Shown: positions 1-10,521, counted from the stretch's first letter. The stretch is DNA of 44,202 bases from an uncultured Methylotenera sp. (GCA_964652655.1 CAZZDN010000001.1:1-44202); one strand, 5' to 3'. Program-made: numbers and translations. The notes: a model not told the origin generated them from the letters alone.

Positions 1-1977
1 ATGGGTATCGTCAACGCTGGCATGATGGGCGTATATGACGACTTACCGGCAGAGCTCAAAGAACGTGTGGAAGACGTAGTGCTTAACCGCGTCGTGGATC
101 CCAATAACCCGCTAGCCGCTACCGAGCGCATGATTGAGATTGCCGGCACACTAGTGGCAGGCGGTAAAAAAGAGGCTGCTACTCTGGAGTGGCGAGGTAC
201 GCCCGAAAATCCAGTGCCTGTTGAAAAACGCTTAAGCCACGCCATGGTACATGGCATCACCGAATTTATTGTCGAAGATACCGAAGAGGCTCGCCAGAAA
301 GTGGCTGAGGCAGGTGGCAGGCCGATTAATGTGATTGAAGGTCCATTGATGGATGGCATGAACGTGGTGGGTGATCTGTTTGGTCAGGGCAAGATGTTCT
401 TGCCACAAGTGGTGAAGTCTGCGCGCGTGATGAAGCAGGCCGTCGCGCACTTGATTCCATTTATTGAAGCTGAAAAAGCCGCGGACGAAGCACGCACTGG
501 CATCGTGGCCAAGCCTAAAGGCAAAATGGTGATTGCCACGGTAAAAGGCGATGTGCATGACATCGGCAAAAACATTGTGTCCGTGGTACTGCAGTGTAAT
601 AACTTTGAGGTAGTGAATATGGGCGTCATGGTACCCGCCTCTGAGATTCTAGCTATGGCCAAAGCGGAAAATGCAGACATCATTGGCTTATCTGGTTTGA
701 TTACGCCATCATTGGAAGAAATGGCGCATGTGGCGCGTGAAATGCAGCGCGACCCGTATTTCAAAGAACAAAAAATGCCATTGTTAATCGGTGGTGCGAC
801 GACCTCACGTGCGCATACCGCAGTGAAAATCGCCCCGCATTATGACGGTCCGATTGTCTACGTTGCGGATGCTTCGCGCTCGGTCACAGTGATGCAAAAT
901 TTGCTCACACCGGAAACACGCGGCGCTTATCTGGCTGAGATTCAGGCGGATTACGAAAAAGCGCGTACCCAGCATGCCAATAAAAAAGGCACACCGATGC
1001 TCACCATCGCTGAAGCACGCGCTAATAAAGCCGATTTGTCGTTTGCTGGCGCAGAGGCGCCGGTGAAACCTAAGTTTATTGGTCGCCGTGAGATTAAAAA
1101 TGCAGACTTGAGCGTGATTGCTCAATATATCGATTGGACCCCATTCTTCCAAACCTGGGACTTAGCGGGCTTCTACCCCGCTATTTTGAAAGATGAGTTA
1201 GTCGGTGATGCAGCCACTAAGCTCTTCAATGAAGCGCAGGTCATGTTGAAAAAAATCATCGATGGGCGTTGGCTTACCGCTAACGGCGTGGTGGCGCTGC
1301 ATCCGGCTAATCGTGTTGGTGATGATGATATTGAAATCTACACTGACGAAACACGTACCAAGATTGCCTTCACTTACTACGGCATGCGCCAGCAGACCGT
1401 GAAGCCAGTGATTGATGGCATTGCCCGCCCTAACCAATGTTTAGCTGATTTTATTGCACCTAAAGGCACGCCGGATTACATTGGCTTGTTTGCCGTGACG
1501 GCTGGCTTAGGCATTGAAAAGCACGAGAAAAAATTTGAAGATGCACATGACGACTATAGTAGCATCATGTTAAAAGCTTTGGCAGATAGGCTGGCTGAAG
1601 CATTTGCTGAATATATGCATGAACGCGTGCGGGTGGATTTCTGGGGCTATGCACCGAATGAAAACGTCAGCAAAGAAGGCTTGATTAAAGAGCAATACCA
1701 AGGCATACGCCCTGCACCAGGCTACCCTGCTTGCCCAGACCATACAGTTAAACCAGAGATGTTCAAGTTGCTACAAGCGGAAGCGATTGGCATGGGATTA
1801 ACTGAGTCATTTGCAATGTCACCTGGGGCTGCGGTGTCAGGCTTCTATTTTGCGCATCCGGAAAGCAAATACTTTAGTGTGGATAAAATTGGCACAGACC
1901 AATTGGAAGATATGGCAAAACGCAGAGGCTTAACTAAAGAATATTTAGAGCGTTGGCTAGCGCCGAATCTGTCTTAA
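1..1977 (+). CDS. metH: Cobalamin-dependent methionine synthase, C-terminal part (cap, B12-binding and SAM-activation domains); 5' end lies outside the window
   Basis: [16 protein letters not shown], the B12-binding motif [20 protein letters not shown] and the activation-domain [14 protein letters not shown] are all present. The frame is open from base 1. Confidence 0.97.
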   Translation: MGIVNAGMMGVYDDLPAELKERVEDVVLNRVVDPNNPLAATERMIEIAGTLVAGGKKEAATLEWRGTPENPVPVEKRLSHAMVHGITEFIVEDTEEARQKVAEAGGRPINVIEGPLMDGMNVVGDLFGQGKMFLPQVVKSARVMKQAVAHLIPFIEAEKAADEARTGIVAKPKGKMVIATVKGDVHDIGKNIVSVVLQCNNFEVVNMGVMVPASEILAMAKAENADIIGLSGLITPSLEEMAHVAREMQRDPYFKEQKMPLLIGGATTSRAHTAVKIAPHYDGPIVYVADASRSVTVMQNLLTPETRGAYLAEIQADYEKARTQHANKKGTPMLTIAEARANKADLSFAGAEAPVKPKFIGRREIKNADLSVIAQYIDWTPFFQTWDLAGFYPAILKDELVGDAATKLFNEAQVMLKKIIDGRWLTANGVVALHPANRVGDDDIEIYTDETRTKIAFTYYGMRQQTVKPVIDGIARPNQCLADFIAPKGTPDYIGLFAVTAGLGIEKHEKKFEDAHDDYSSIMLKALADRLAEAFAEYMHERVRVDFWGYAPNENVSKEGLIKEQYQGIRPAPGYPACPDHTVKPEMFKLLQAEAIGMGLTESFAMSPGAAVSGFYFAHPESKYFSVDKIGTDQLEDMAKRRGLTKEYLERWLAPNLS

Positions 1978-2009
1978 ATTTATCGTCTAGAAAAAGTAAA
2001 AAAGAGCTT

Positions 2010-3386
2010 ATGCACATTCACATTTTAGGTATTTGCGGCACATTCATGGGTGGCATTGCGGTGCTAGCCAAGGCCGCAGGTCATCAGGTCACAGGTTGCG
2101 ACGCTAATGTTTACCCACCAATGAGTACGCAGTTGGAAGCACAAGGCATTGAGCTGATTGAGGGCTTTGACCCATCACAAACCAAACTGAATCCAGATAT
2201 ATATGTGATAGGTAACGTGGTGTCACGCGGTAATCCCTTGATGGAAGAAATCCTTAATCGTGGTCTGCCTTACATTTCTGGTCCGCAGTGGCTGGCTGAG
2301 AACGTACTGCAAGGTAAATGGGTGCTGGCAGTGGCTGGTACGCATGGCAAAACCACTAGCAGCTCTATGTTGGCGTGGATACTGGAATATGCAGGGTTGG
2401 CACCGGGTTTTTTAATTGGCGGCGTGCCTGAGAACTTCTCAGTCTCAGCACGTTTGCCACAAACTCCAGCGCAAGATAAAAACAGCGTATCGCCTTTCTT
2501 TGTGATTGAGGCGGACGAGTACGATACTGCGTTTTTTGATAAGCGTTCCAAGTTTGTCCATTACCGCCCACGCACGGCGGTATTGAACAATCTTGAGTTT
2601 GACCATGCCGATATTTTTGAAGATCTGAACGCGATTGAAAAACAGTTCCATCACCTAGTTAGAACTGTACCGCAGCAAGGCTTGGTGGTGGCCAACGGTA
2701 AAGAAGCCAGCTTACAGCGCGTGCTGGATAAAGGCTGCTGGACCCCTGTAGAAAAGTTCGGTACGGACGACGATTGGCAAGCCGTTAATGCACAAGGCGA
2801 CGGTAGCTTTGATGTGGTCTATCAAGGCCAGCTGCAAGGACATGTGGCCTGGGGGTTGCTCGGTGAGCATAATCGTATGAACGCGTTAGCCAGCATTGCT
2901 GCTGCGCGTCACGCCGGTGTGACGGTTGATGTAAGCATTGCCGCGCTAACAGAGTTTAAAAATGTGAAGCGCCGCATGGAAGTACGTGGCGAGAGCCGTG
3001 GTGTGGTGGTTTATGATGACTTTGCGCATCACCCAACCGCGATTGAGACCACTATCGCCGGTTTACGCGCCAAGGTAGGTTCCGCGCGTATCTTGGCAGT
3101 GCTAGAGCCACGCTCTAACACCATGAAGCTAGGCGTGATGAAGAATGCGTTGCCAGCTAGTTTGACGCAAGCGGATTTGGTGTTTTGTTATCAAGCTAAT
3201 TTAGGCTGGGATGCAGGTGCTGCACTTGCGCCGATTGCCCATAAAACTCAGGTGCACGATGACCTAGCGCAACTAATTCAAGCGATTAAGCAGGAGGCAG
3301 TTGCTGGGGACCATGTATTGATTATGAGTAATGGTGGCTTTGGCGGTATTCATCAGAAACTGCTTGATGCGTTAACTGAAGTATAA
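2010..3386 (+). CDS. mpl: Murein tripeptide ligase Mpl
   Basis: MHIHILGICGTFMGG start, P-loop AGTHGKTT, EADEYDTAFFDKRSKF, DDFAHHPT and EPRSNTM. Start moved to ATG 2010 because the ORF-track extension overlaps metH. Confidence 0.96.
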   Translation: MHIHILGICGTFMGGIAVLAKAAGHQVTGCDANVYPPMSTQLEAQGIELIEGFDPSQTKLNPDIYVIGNVVSRGNPLMEEILNRGLPYISGPQWLAENVLQGKWVLAVAGTHGKTTSSSMLAWILEYAGLAPGFLIGGVPENFSVSARLPQTPAQDKNSVSPFFVIEADEYDTAFFDKRSKFVHYRPRTAVLNNLEFDHADIFEDLNAIEKQFHHLVRTVPQQGLVVANGKEASLQRVLDKGCWTPVEKFGTDDDWQAVNAQGDGSFDVVYQGQLQGHVAWGLLGEHNRMNALASIAAARHAGVTVDVSIAALTEFKNVKRRMEVRGESRGVVVYDDFAHHPTAIETTIAGLRAKVGSARILAVLEPRSNTMKLGVMKNALPASLTQADLVFCYQANLGWDAGAALAPIAHKTQVHDDLAQLIQAIKQEAVAGDHVLIMSNGGFGGIHQKLLDALTEV

Positions 3387-3390
3387 AGAT

Positions 3391-4380
3391 TTGAGCAAGC
3401 AGCCAGCAATGACAGCGTTAAATCCATTTGCCTCACTCATTGTGAAAATTAAGACAATCCGTGTGATGACAATTGCGTTGAGCATCTCTGTGCTGGTGCA
3501 TTTAGTGATTCTTAGTATTCATTTTGAGCCTGAACTTAAAAAATTTCGTGATCGATTGCCTGTGCTCGAGGTGATGCTGGTGAATACCAAAACTAAGGCT
3601 AAACCACAAAATACTGAGGTTTATGCGCAAGCCAATTTGGATCGTGGTGGCAACACCGATTTAGATCGCCAAATGAAAACTGCATTACCAGCATTGAAAC
3701 AGCAACAAGCAGACGTGACGTTGAAGCCTGTGGTCAATTCGAAACAAACTGCCAAAGCGTCAGCACAGCCGACGGAAGAAAAGCAATCTAAGAAAAGTGT
3801 TGCCGAGCTAGAGAAACAAGCGCAGGCATTGATGACGCAACTAGAGTCGATGCACCGAGTCGAGGCTCAGCCTACACAAAAACTCAGTGCGACCGACGTT
3901 GATACCCCCCCGCAAGAGAATACAAGTAAAAAAATCAACTTGCAGGATATCACTGCGGCAGCACTGGAGATGGACCGGCTAGAAGCCTTAATTTCTAAAC
4001 AGCAGGATGAGTATCAAAAGCGACCCAAGCGCAAATTTGTGGGTGGACGTGCGCAAGAGTATCGTTATGCCTTATATGTTGAAGCATGGAGACAAAAAGT
4101 AGAGAAAATAGGTAACCTGAACTATCCGGAAGCTGCAAAAAACCTAAAACTTTATGGGCAATTGCAGATGACGGTATCGATTAAATCTGATGGCAGTATT
4201 GAGTCTATAGAGATTAACCGTAGTTCAGGTCACAAAGTCCTCGATGCCGCTGCAAGGCATATAGTGGAGTTAGCTGCACCTTACGCTAAATTTCCTGACG
4301 ATGTACGTAAGGAGATTGATGTCTTGAGTATCACCCGAACCTGGACGTTTACCAAAGAAGAAAGCTTGGCTACAGAGTAG
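3391..4380 (+). CDS. TonB-family energy transducer (TonB3-like)
   Basis: N-terminal TM helix with SxxxH (ISVLVHL), an AQANLDRGG motif, and a C-terminal TonB_C domain (WRQKVEKIGNLNYPEAA...SSGHKVLDAAA...ITRTWTF). The exact start is uncertain (TTG 3391 or ATG 3409). Confidence 0.85.
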   Translation: MSKQPAMTALNPFASLIVKIKTIRVMTIALSISVLVHLVILSIHFEPELKKFRDRLPVLEVMLVNTKTKAKPQNTEVYAQANLDRGGNTDLDRQMKTALPALKQQQADVTLKPVVNSKQTAKASAQPTEEKQSKKSVAELEKQAQALMTQLESMHRVEAQPTQKLSATDVDTPPQENTSKKINLQDITAAALEMDRLEALISKQQDEYQKRPKRKFVGGRAQEYRYALYVEAWRQKVEKIGNLNYPEAAKNLKLYGQLQMTVSIKSDGSIESIEINRSSGHKVLDAAARHIVELAAPYAKFPDDVRKEIDVLSITRTWTFTKEESLATE

Positions 4381-4441
4381 CCATTTTTGCTTGTGACCAG
4401 AATATAGCACCGCATAATTGCTTAAAAATTAATCAGAGAAC

Positions 4442-4756
4442 ATGATGACTAGCCACTTTGAATATCACGTATTTTTCTGCTTGAACCAGCGCGAAGGTGG
4501 AGCCGCTTGCTGCATGGATCATGGCGCTGAGCAGGCGTTTGACCACATGAAATCGCGCGTGAAAAAGCTTAACCTGAATGGAGCAGGTAAAGTGCGTATT
4601 AACCGTGCTGGCTGTTTAGATCGCTGTAATGATGGGCCTGTGCTGGTGGTTTATCCGCAGGCAGTGTGGTACACCTTTGTCGATAACGACGATATTGATG
4701 AGATTATCGATAGCCATTTAATCAATGGCAAAGTCGTAGAGCGACTCGTAGTCTAA
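4442..4756 (+). CDS. Thioredoxin-like [2Fe-2S] ferredoxin
   Basis: HVFFCLNQR...CC...RINRAGCLDRC..GP..VVYP..VWY pattern, 104 aa. Confidence 0.9.
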   Translation: MMTSHFEYHVFFCLNQREGGAACCMDHGAEQAFDHMKSRVKKLNLNGAGKVRINRAGCLDRCNDGPVLVVYPQAVWYTFVDNDDIDEIIDSHLINGKVVERLVV

Positions 4757-4806
4757 TCTGCTTCAGAAGCTGAAGGCTGTCTTTAGCGGCCTAATTAAAG
4801 ATGCTA

Positions 4807-5235
4807 TTATTCAGTTTTTAGTGCACATTCAATCAGTGTGCTCATCTTGTCTGCGAGTGCTTGTTTTGTTTTTGCATCCAGCATTGGGGGAGTGTTTTCA
4901 CGCATGACCTCGCCCCAATGTGAGTTGGGGAAATGCTTGTCACCTTCATATCGTGGAATCACATGCCAGTGGATATGCGGTGTTTTATTGCCTAGACTAG
5001 CTAAGTTAATTTTGTCTGGATTCAATGACGCTCTTAAGGCCGTTTCCACTGCAAACACCACTTTCATCATTCGTGCGCGGTCTTGTGGCAGTAAGTCGGA
5101 CATTTCTTTAACGTGATCTAGTAGCTCAACGCGGCAATAAGCGGGGTAATCTGCATCATTCAGCAATACCACACGGCAGAAATCATCTAGCCATAAGATT
5201 TCATGGGGCGTGGCTTCGCATAATGGGCAGGTCAT
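4807..5235 (-). CDS. HIT-family (histidine triad) nucleotide hydrolase
   Basis: N-terminal CPLC and PDKINLASLGNKTPHIHWHVIPR with an HxHxH triad. Confidence 0.92.
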   Translation of the reverse strand: MTCPLCEATPHEILWLDDFCRVVLLNDADYPAYCRVELLDHVKEMSDLLPQDRARMMKVVFAVETALRASLNPDKINLASLGNKTPHIHWHVIPRYEGDKHFPNSHWGEVMRENTPPMLDAKTKQALADKMSTLIECALKTE

Positions 5236-5299
5236 ATGGTATCTTTGTTTTATTTCTTTGATATCGCCAACGGTCTTTATTCCTGCAAATACCGTTTGA

Positions 5300-6412
5300 T
5301 TAAGAAGCCGCCAACATACGGTCTAAGGTCAGTTTCGCCAGCTTAGCTTCATGCGCTGGTACTTTAATCTGGTTGACGACTTTACCTTCTACTAAGTTTT
5401 CCAGTACCCAAGCCAAGTGTTGCGGGTCGATACGTGCCATGGTCGAGCATTCACAGACTACGTGACTCATAAACTGTACTAGCTTACCTTCAGGCTTCAT
5501 TTGTTCTGCCAAGCGATTCACCAGGTTTAGCTCTGTACCCACTAGCCATTTAGTGTTGGCAGGTGCGTCGCTAATCGTTTTTAAGATGTATTCAGTAGAG
5601 CCTACATAGTCTGAGTGCTGGCAAACCTCAAATGGCGCTTCTGGGTGTGAAATCACAAAGCCATCTGGGTGCTCTGCACGGAATCTTTCAATATTTTGCA
5701 GGCGGAACATCTGGTGCACCGCACAATGCCCTTTCCATAGCAAAATCTTCGCATTTTTGATTTGCTCTACAGTTAAGCCACCTAGCGGTTGGTCTGGATC
5801 CCATACTGGCATCTGTTCTAGTGGAATGCCCATTTTGTAGCCGCTCCAGCGGCCTAGGTTTTGGTCAGGGAAAAACAGCACTTTTTCGCGTTGTGCAAAG
5901 CCCCACTCCAATATTTTAGGGGCGTTCGTACTCGTGCACACAATCCCACCATGCTCGCCACAGAATGCTTTCAGGTCTGCGGCAGAGTTGATGTAGGTAA
6001 TCGGCGTGATTTGCTCATCAAAGTTCAGTACTTTGTTCAGTTCACGGTAGCTGCGCTCAACTTTAGCTAAATTAGCCATATCCGCCATTGAGCAGCCTGC
6101 GGCAAGGTCAGGCAGAATCGCAATTTGCTCAGGGCGGCTTAAAATATCGGCTACTTCAGCCATGAAGTGTACGCCCAAAAATACGATAAATTCAGCATCC
6201 AAATTTTCGGTATAGCGTGACAGCTTAAGTGAGTCACCGGTGTAATCCGCATGACGGTATACGCTCTCGTGCTGGTAATGGTGGCCTAAAATCACAAGGC
6301 GCTTACCCAGTTTTTCTTTAGCGGCAATGATTCTGCGCTGGCAATCAGCGTCATCTGCGGCTTGAAATTTTTCGAATTTAATCGGTGCTGCTGGTATGGA
6401 TGCAATAGACAT
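5300..6412 (-). CDS. nadA: Quinolinate synthase A
   Basis: GHHYQ, GDSLKLS, GVHFMAE, GCSMADMA, YINSAA, CTSTNA, CAVH, HPE, GTE and CxCSTM, including the three Fe-S cysteines. Confidence 0.96.
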   Translation of the reverse strand: MSIASIPAAPIKFEKFQAADDADCQRRIIAAKEKLGKRLVILGHHYQHESVYRHADYTGDSLKLSRYTENLDAEFIVFLGVHFMAEVADILSRPEQIAILPDLAAGCSMADMANLAKVERSYRELNKVLNFDEQITPITYINSAADLKAFCGEHGGIVCTSTNAPKILEWGFAQREKVLFFPDQNLGRWSGYKMGIPLEQMPVWDPDQPLGGLTVEQIKNAKILLWKGHCAVHQMFRLQNIERFRAEHPDGFVISHPEAPFEVCQHSDYVGSTEYILKTISDAPANTKWLVGTELNLVNRLAEQMKPEGKLVQFMSHVVCECSTMARIDPQHLAWVLENLVEGKVVNQIKVPAHEAKLAKLTLDRMLAAS

Positions 6413-6506
6413 AATATTTTAAAAAAGTGCGCACGCTAAAGTACATATTTTATAACGGAAACATGGTGTAAGTCGACGAGCGATGTTCGCATTCAGGGCG
6501 GTTAAT

Positions 6507-6644
6507 CTATGATTCCTAAAGCTAGATTTCCTAAGACGAGGTTTTTAAGGCTAGGTTTTTAAGGCTAGATTTCCAAGATTGGTTAGGGGATTGGTTTTTG
6601 AGATTGGTTTTCTAGCGTTAGTTTTCTAGGGTTAGTTGATAGCG
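6507..6644. repeat. Degenerate tandem array of about ten 12-15 bp units (approximate consensus YTRGWTTTYYWAGR) running into the 3' end of nudB
   Basis: Units read directly: ctatgattcctaaag, ctagatttcctaaga, cgaggtttttaagg, ctaggtttttaagg, ctagatttccaaga, ttggttagggga, ttggtttttgaga, ttggttttctagcg, ttagttttctaggg, ttagttgatagcg. Confidence 0.7.
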
Positions 6645-7076
6645 CTCACCTAATCTTTTTAATGCATCCACGTTCGTCCAAGAAAACACTCGTTTTGCAG
6701 CTTCACGCCAATCGACCCATTCATATCGCAAATGCTCGTCTGGTGCTAGCCTCACTGGCAAAGGACCAGGGAGCATTAATCCAAATAAGTGCTCTCGATT
6801 TTCAGTGACGCCAGGCGCGTAGCGATGGCGCCAGTGTGGATAAATTTCATATACATTAGAAACATGCCAGTCTTCCAAAGCATATTGTGTCGCATCTAGG
6901 CCAGTTTCTTCTGCTAACTCGCGTGCGGCAGCCTGCAAAGGTGTTTCGTCACCTTCAATACTGCCAGTGACCGATTGCCAATAGCCAGCTTTATCTGCAC
7001 GTTCCATGATCAATACTTTCAGATCAGGCGTGTAAATCAACACAAGTGCAGAAACTGGGGTTTTGTATGTTTTCAA
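6618..7076 (-). CDS. nudB: Dihydroneopterin triphosphate diphosphatase (Nudix)
   Basis: YKTPVSALV, WQSVTGSIE...AAARELAEETG Nudix box, YEIYPHWRHRYAPGVTENREH and FSWTN. Start placed at TTG 7076 because the longer ORF overlaps ispH. Confidence 0.92.
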   Translation of the reverse strand: MKTYKTPVSALVLIYTPDLKVLIMERADKAGYWQSVTGSIEGDETPLQAAARELAEETGLDATQYALEDWHVSNVYEIYPHWRHRYAPGVTENREHLFGLMLPGPLPVRLAPDEHLRYEWVDWREAAKRVFSWTNVDALKRLGERYQLTLEN

Positions 7077-7104
7077 TTGATCAGGTAGCGCTAGTGGTTG
7101 AGTG

Positions 7105-8124
7105 TTATCGAGCGGTCTTTGTTGCACTAGTGAGATTTTTAGGTAGTTGAAACACAACACTTTCAACCACGCCTTGTAGCTCTTGCACATAACCAGCACC
7201 AAACTGTTGGAGTTGTGCGATTACTTCTTTTACTAACACTTCAGGTGCAGAAGCGCCTGCAGAAACACCGATTTTCTTTTTATTCGCCAACCACTCTGGT
7301 TTTAAATAGCTGGCGTTATCTACCATGTAAGCCTCGATACCTTGATTTTTGGCCACTTCACGCAGGCGATTGGAGTTTGAGCTGTTGGGTGAGCCCACGA
7401 TAATCACAAGATCGCAATCCTGCGCCATGATTTTGACGGCATCTTGGCGATTTTGCGTGGCGTAGCAAATGTCATCGCTCTTAGGTGCATTGATTTGTGG
7501 GAATTTTGCTTTTAGCGCATTGATTACCAGCGCTGCATCATCCATAGAAAGCGTGGTTTGTGTGACGTAAGCAAGCTTGCTCGGATTCTTGACCTTTAAT
7601 GCGTTGACGTCTTCTGGCGTTTCTACTAGATACATACCAGTAGCATTACTGTCAGTTTGCTCAACTTGCCCCATGGTACCCTCAACTTCAGGATGGCCTT
7701 TGTGCCCTATCATGATGATTTCCATGCCAGCTTTGCGCATTTTTTCTACTTCAATATGCACTTTGGTCACTAGTGGGCAAGTCGCGTCATAGGCAGTGAG
7801 GCCACGAGATTCAGCTTCAGCTCGAACGGCTTTAGATACGCCGTGCGCACTAAAAATCACAATGCTGCCAGTTGGAATTTCATCGAGCTCTTCAACAAAC
7901 ACCGCACCTTTAGCGCGCAATTCATCCACCACAAACTTGTTGTGTACTACTTCGTGGCGCACATAAATTGGCGCACCGAATTTATCTAATGCTTGTTCTA
8001 CAATAATAATGGCGCGGTCAACACCGGCACAAAATCCACGAGGATTAGCAAGGACGATAGGGGTATCGTTTGGTGTAGCTGTTGCCAAAGTTGGTTGGCT
8101 AAGATTGGTTTGTTCAATGCTCAT
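7105..8124 (-). CDS. ispH: 4-hydroxy-3-methylbut-2-enyl diphosphate reductase
   Basis: [48 protein letters not shown] and AGASAPE. Confidence 0.97.
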   Translation of the reverse strand: MSIEQTNLSQPTLATATPNDTPIVLANPRGFCAGVDRAIIIVEQALDKFGAPIYVRHEVVHNKFVVDELRAKGAVFVEELDEIPTGSIVIFSAHGVSKAVRAEAESRGLTAYDATCPLVTKVHIEVEKMRKAGMEIIMIGHKGHPEVEGTMGQVEQTDSNATGMYLVETPEDVNALKVKNPSKLAYVTQTTLSMDDAALVINALKAKFPQINAPKSDDICYATQNRQDAVKIMAQDCDLVIIVGSPNSSNSNRLREVAKNQGIEAYMVDNASYLKPEWLANKKKIGVSAGASAPEVLVKEVIAQLQQFGAGYVQELQGVVESVVFQLPKNLTSATKTAR

Positions 8125-8276
8125 ATTTCATCAACATTCAAATTGCGTCAAGCGCTAAGCGCATCAGGTATAATTGCTTCTTTTAAAATAACTAAACTAA
8201 AAATATTTCCAGCATATCAACATCATTTAACCTAAGGTTGGTGAGCATCAGGTGAGCTGGATTATCAATTTTTACT

Positions 8277-9131
8277 ATGAAAAATACTGCAACCCTACTG
8301 ATTACTTGCCCAGACACTAAAGGCATTGTCGCAGCTATTGCTGAATTTTTACTTCAGCACAATGCCAACATTTTACACGCAGACCAGCATCAAGATGCGG
8401 AAAATAATCTATTTTTAATGCGCGTGGAGTGGGATCTCAACGGTTTTAATTTAGACGAAGCCAGCTTTAATCAGGCGTTCTCAGTAGTTGCGACCAAGTT
8501 CAGCATGCAGTGGCAGCTTAAACTATCCCAGCATAAAACGCGCGTTGCCATCATGGTATCGCAATATGACCATTGTCTAGCCGATTTGTTGCATAGACAC
8601 AAAAGCGGTGAGCTGGCTTGTGAAATCCCGTTGGTGATTAGTAACCACCGTGACACAGAAAATCTGGTTAAATTCTACGGCATCGATTTTCACCACATCG
8701 AGGTGACTAAAGACAATAAAGCGCAAGCAGAGGCGGCGCAGTTTAAGCTGTTTGCAGATTACGACATCGATTTAATCGTGCTGGCACGCTATATGCAGAT
8801 TCTGTCACCGGATTTTGTGTCACGTTATCCACAGCGTATTATCAATATTCACCACTCCTTCTTGCCGGCTTTTATCGGCGCGCGTCCATATCACCGTGCA
8901 TTTGAGCGTGGTGTGAAATTGATTGGTGCCACTAGCCATTACGTGACCGAAGTATTGGACGAAGGCCCGATCATCGAGCAAGGTATAGACCGTATCTCCC
9001 ATCGCGATCAGGTTGAAGACCTCATTCAGAAAGGCCGCGATTTAGAGCGTGTTGTACTATCAAAAGCGGTGAGTTGGCATATTGAAAACCGTATTCTGTT
9101 ATACGCAAACAAGACGGTGATTTTTGACTAA
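8277..9131 (+). CDS. purU: Formyltetrahydrofolate deformylase
   Basis: N-terminal ACT domain (CPDTKGIVA), LARYMQILS, INIHHSFLPAFIGARPY and GVKLIGATSHYVT..LDEGPII. Confidence 0.96.
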   Translation: MKNTATLLITCPDTKGIVAAIAEFLLQHNANILHADQHQDAENNLFLMRVEWDLNGFNLDEASFNQAFSVVATKFSMQWQLKLSQHKTRVAIMVSQYDHCLADLLHRHKSGELACEIPLVISNHRDTENLVKFYGIDFHHIEVTKDNKAQAEAAQFKLFADYDIDLIVLARYMQILSPDFVSRYPQRIINIHHSFLPAFIGARPYHRAFERGVKLIGATSHYVTEVLDEGPIIEQGIDRISHRDQVEDLIQKGRDLERVVLSKAVSWHIENRILLYANKTVIFD

Positions 9132-9139
9132 AAAGACAT

Positions 9140-9171
9140 AAAAAAAGCGAAGATAATTCTTCGCTTTTTTT
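9140..9171. terminator. Bidirectional Rho-independent terminator between convergent purU and lysA
   Basis: aaaaaaagcgaaga-taat-tcttcgcttttttt is a perfect inverted repeat with A7 and T7 flanks. Confidence 0.88.
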
Positions 9172-9227
9172 ATAACAGCCGTTCGTTTCGGACGCTAATG
9201 GTTTTAGTCCAACAGGCTGCAGCGCAA

Positions 9228-10478
9228 TTAGCTATTTGCTAAAATGCTTTCATTCGCAAACAAATCTGCAATTTGCTCACGCTTCTTAATGAGGTGACAT
9301 TGGTTGCCGTCTACCATCACTTCGGCAGCGCGCGGTCTGGTATTGTAGTTGCTAGACATACTCATGCCATATGCACCAGCAGACATAATGGCTAGCAAAT
9401 CCCCTTCTTGCAAGGCAAGCTCTCTGTCGTGACCCAAAAAGTCACCGCTCTCACATACTGGCCCCACGATTTCATAGTTCACAGCTGCTTCATTGCGCGG
9501 CGTAACTGCTTTAATGTCATGGTATGCATCGTACAGTGCTGGGCGCATTAGGTCGTTCATGGCCGCATCAACGATTGCAAAGTTTTTAGTTTCGGTCGGT
9601 TTTAAGTATTCTACTTTAGTCAGCAAAATGCCAGCGTTACCCACGAGCGCGCGACCTGGTTCAAATACTAGCTTCACATCACGATTACCCAGTTTTTCAC
9701 GCATAGCTTTTGCGTATGCAGTGAACTCTGGCGGTGTTTCATCGCTATAGCAAATCCCGATTCCGCCACCTAAGTCGATATGCTGAATCTGAACGTTGTT
9801 TTCTGCTAATGCATCCACCAGCGCCAGCACGCGGTCGAAAGCATCTAGGAACGGAGAAAGCTCTGTGATTTGCGAGCCAATATGGCAATCTACACCGTGA
9901 ATGGCGATGTTTGACATTTCTGCTGCTTGCAAATAAATATCCAACGCATCTTCATAAGCCACGCCAAATTTATTATTTTTCAAACCAGTAGAAATATAAG
10001 GATGAGTTTTCGCGTCCACGTTCGGGTTCACACGTAGTGAAACCGGTGCTATTTTGCCCATATAGGTTGCCACGTCATTTAAGCGGACAAGCTCACTGGC
10101 TGACTCTACGTTAAAGCAAAAAATACCAGCCTCTAATGCTGCACGCATTTCTTCTGCAGTTTTACCTACGCCAGAAAATACGACCTTTTTGGGGTCGCCA
10201 CCAGCCGCAATCACGCGCGCTAGTTCGCCACCAGATACGATATCAAAGCCAGCACCCAATTTGGCAAACAAGTTTAAGATAGCTAGGCTCGGGTTGGATT
10301 TGACAGCGAAGCAAACTAAATGATTTGCATCTTTAAAGCCGGCACTAAAGCGCTCAAAAGCTTGGCTCAACGCCGCTTTTGAGTAGACATAGCAAGGCGT
10401 TCCAAAGCGCTCTGAGATTTCTGTTAGTGCAACGTTTTCAGCATGAAGCACATTATTTTTAAGCGTAAAAGTATTCAC
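9228..10478 (-). CDS. lysA: Diaminopimelate decarboxylase
   Basis: FAVKSN (PLP lysine), GFDIVSGGEL, HIGSQ, DLGGG, EPGR, GPVCESGD and AGAYGMSMSSNYN. GTG start. Confidence 0.97.
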   Translation of the reverse strand: MNTFTLKNNVLHAENVALTEISERFGTPCYVYSKAALSQAFERFSAGFKDANHLVCFAVKSNPSLAILNLFAKLGAGFDIVSGGELARVIAAGGDPKKVVFSGVGKTAEEMRAALEAGIFCFNVESASELVRLNDVATYMGKIAPVSLRVNPNVDAKTHPYISTGLKNNKFGVAYEDALDIYLQAAEMSNIAIHGVDCHIGSQITELSPFLDAFDRVLALVDALAENNVQIQHIDLGGGIGICYSDETPPEFTAYAKAMREKLGNRDVKLVFEPGRALVGNAGILLTKVEYLKPTETKNFAIVDAAMNDLMRPALYDAYHDIKAVTPRNEAAVNYEIVGPVCESGDFLGHDRELALQEGDLLAIMSAGAYGMSMSSNYNTRPRAAEVMVDGNQCHLIKKREQIADLFANESILANS

Positions 10479-10521
10479 AGTAGTGTCTTAACGAAAAAGG
10501 TGTTGAAAATAGCCAATTGAT

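Noticed and set aside
232-1437. Antisense ORFs within metH, and similar ones within mpl, lysA, pilY1, mreB, gatA/B and ampG
   Set aside because: These are shadow ORFs opposite or inside well-conserved genes, with no motifs.
5268-5298. aacggt...accgtt inverted repeat after nadA
   Set aside because: The stem is short, the loop is long and there is no U-tract on the transcribed strand, so it is not called as a terminator.
6413-6506. Possible NAD riboswitch or NadQ/NrtR operator upstream of nadA
   Set aside because: No convincing palindrome or conserved structure was visible by eye.
6507-6644. Possible CRISPR array
   Set aside because: The units are 12-15 bp, adjacent and degenerate, with no unique spacers and no cas genes nearby.
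7077-7202. N-terminal extension of nudB in the ORF track (similar extensions for mpl, pilV, gshA, rlpA and metW)
   Set aside because: The extensions come from upstream alternative starts, several overlapping neighbouring genes. Family homology begins at the later start.
8125-8276. Possible ZTP or THF riboswitch upstream of purU; ggtgagc repeat at 8240 and 8251
   Set aside because: No riboswitch consensus was seen, and a single 7-bp repeat pair is too weak to call.
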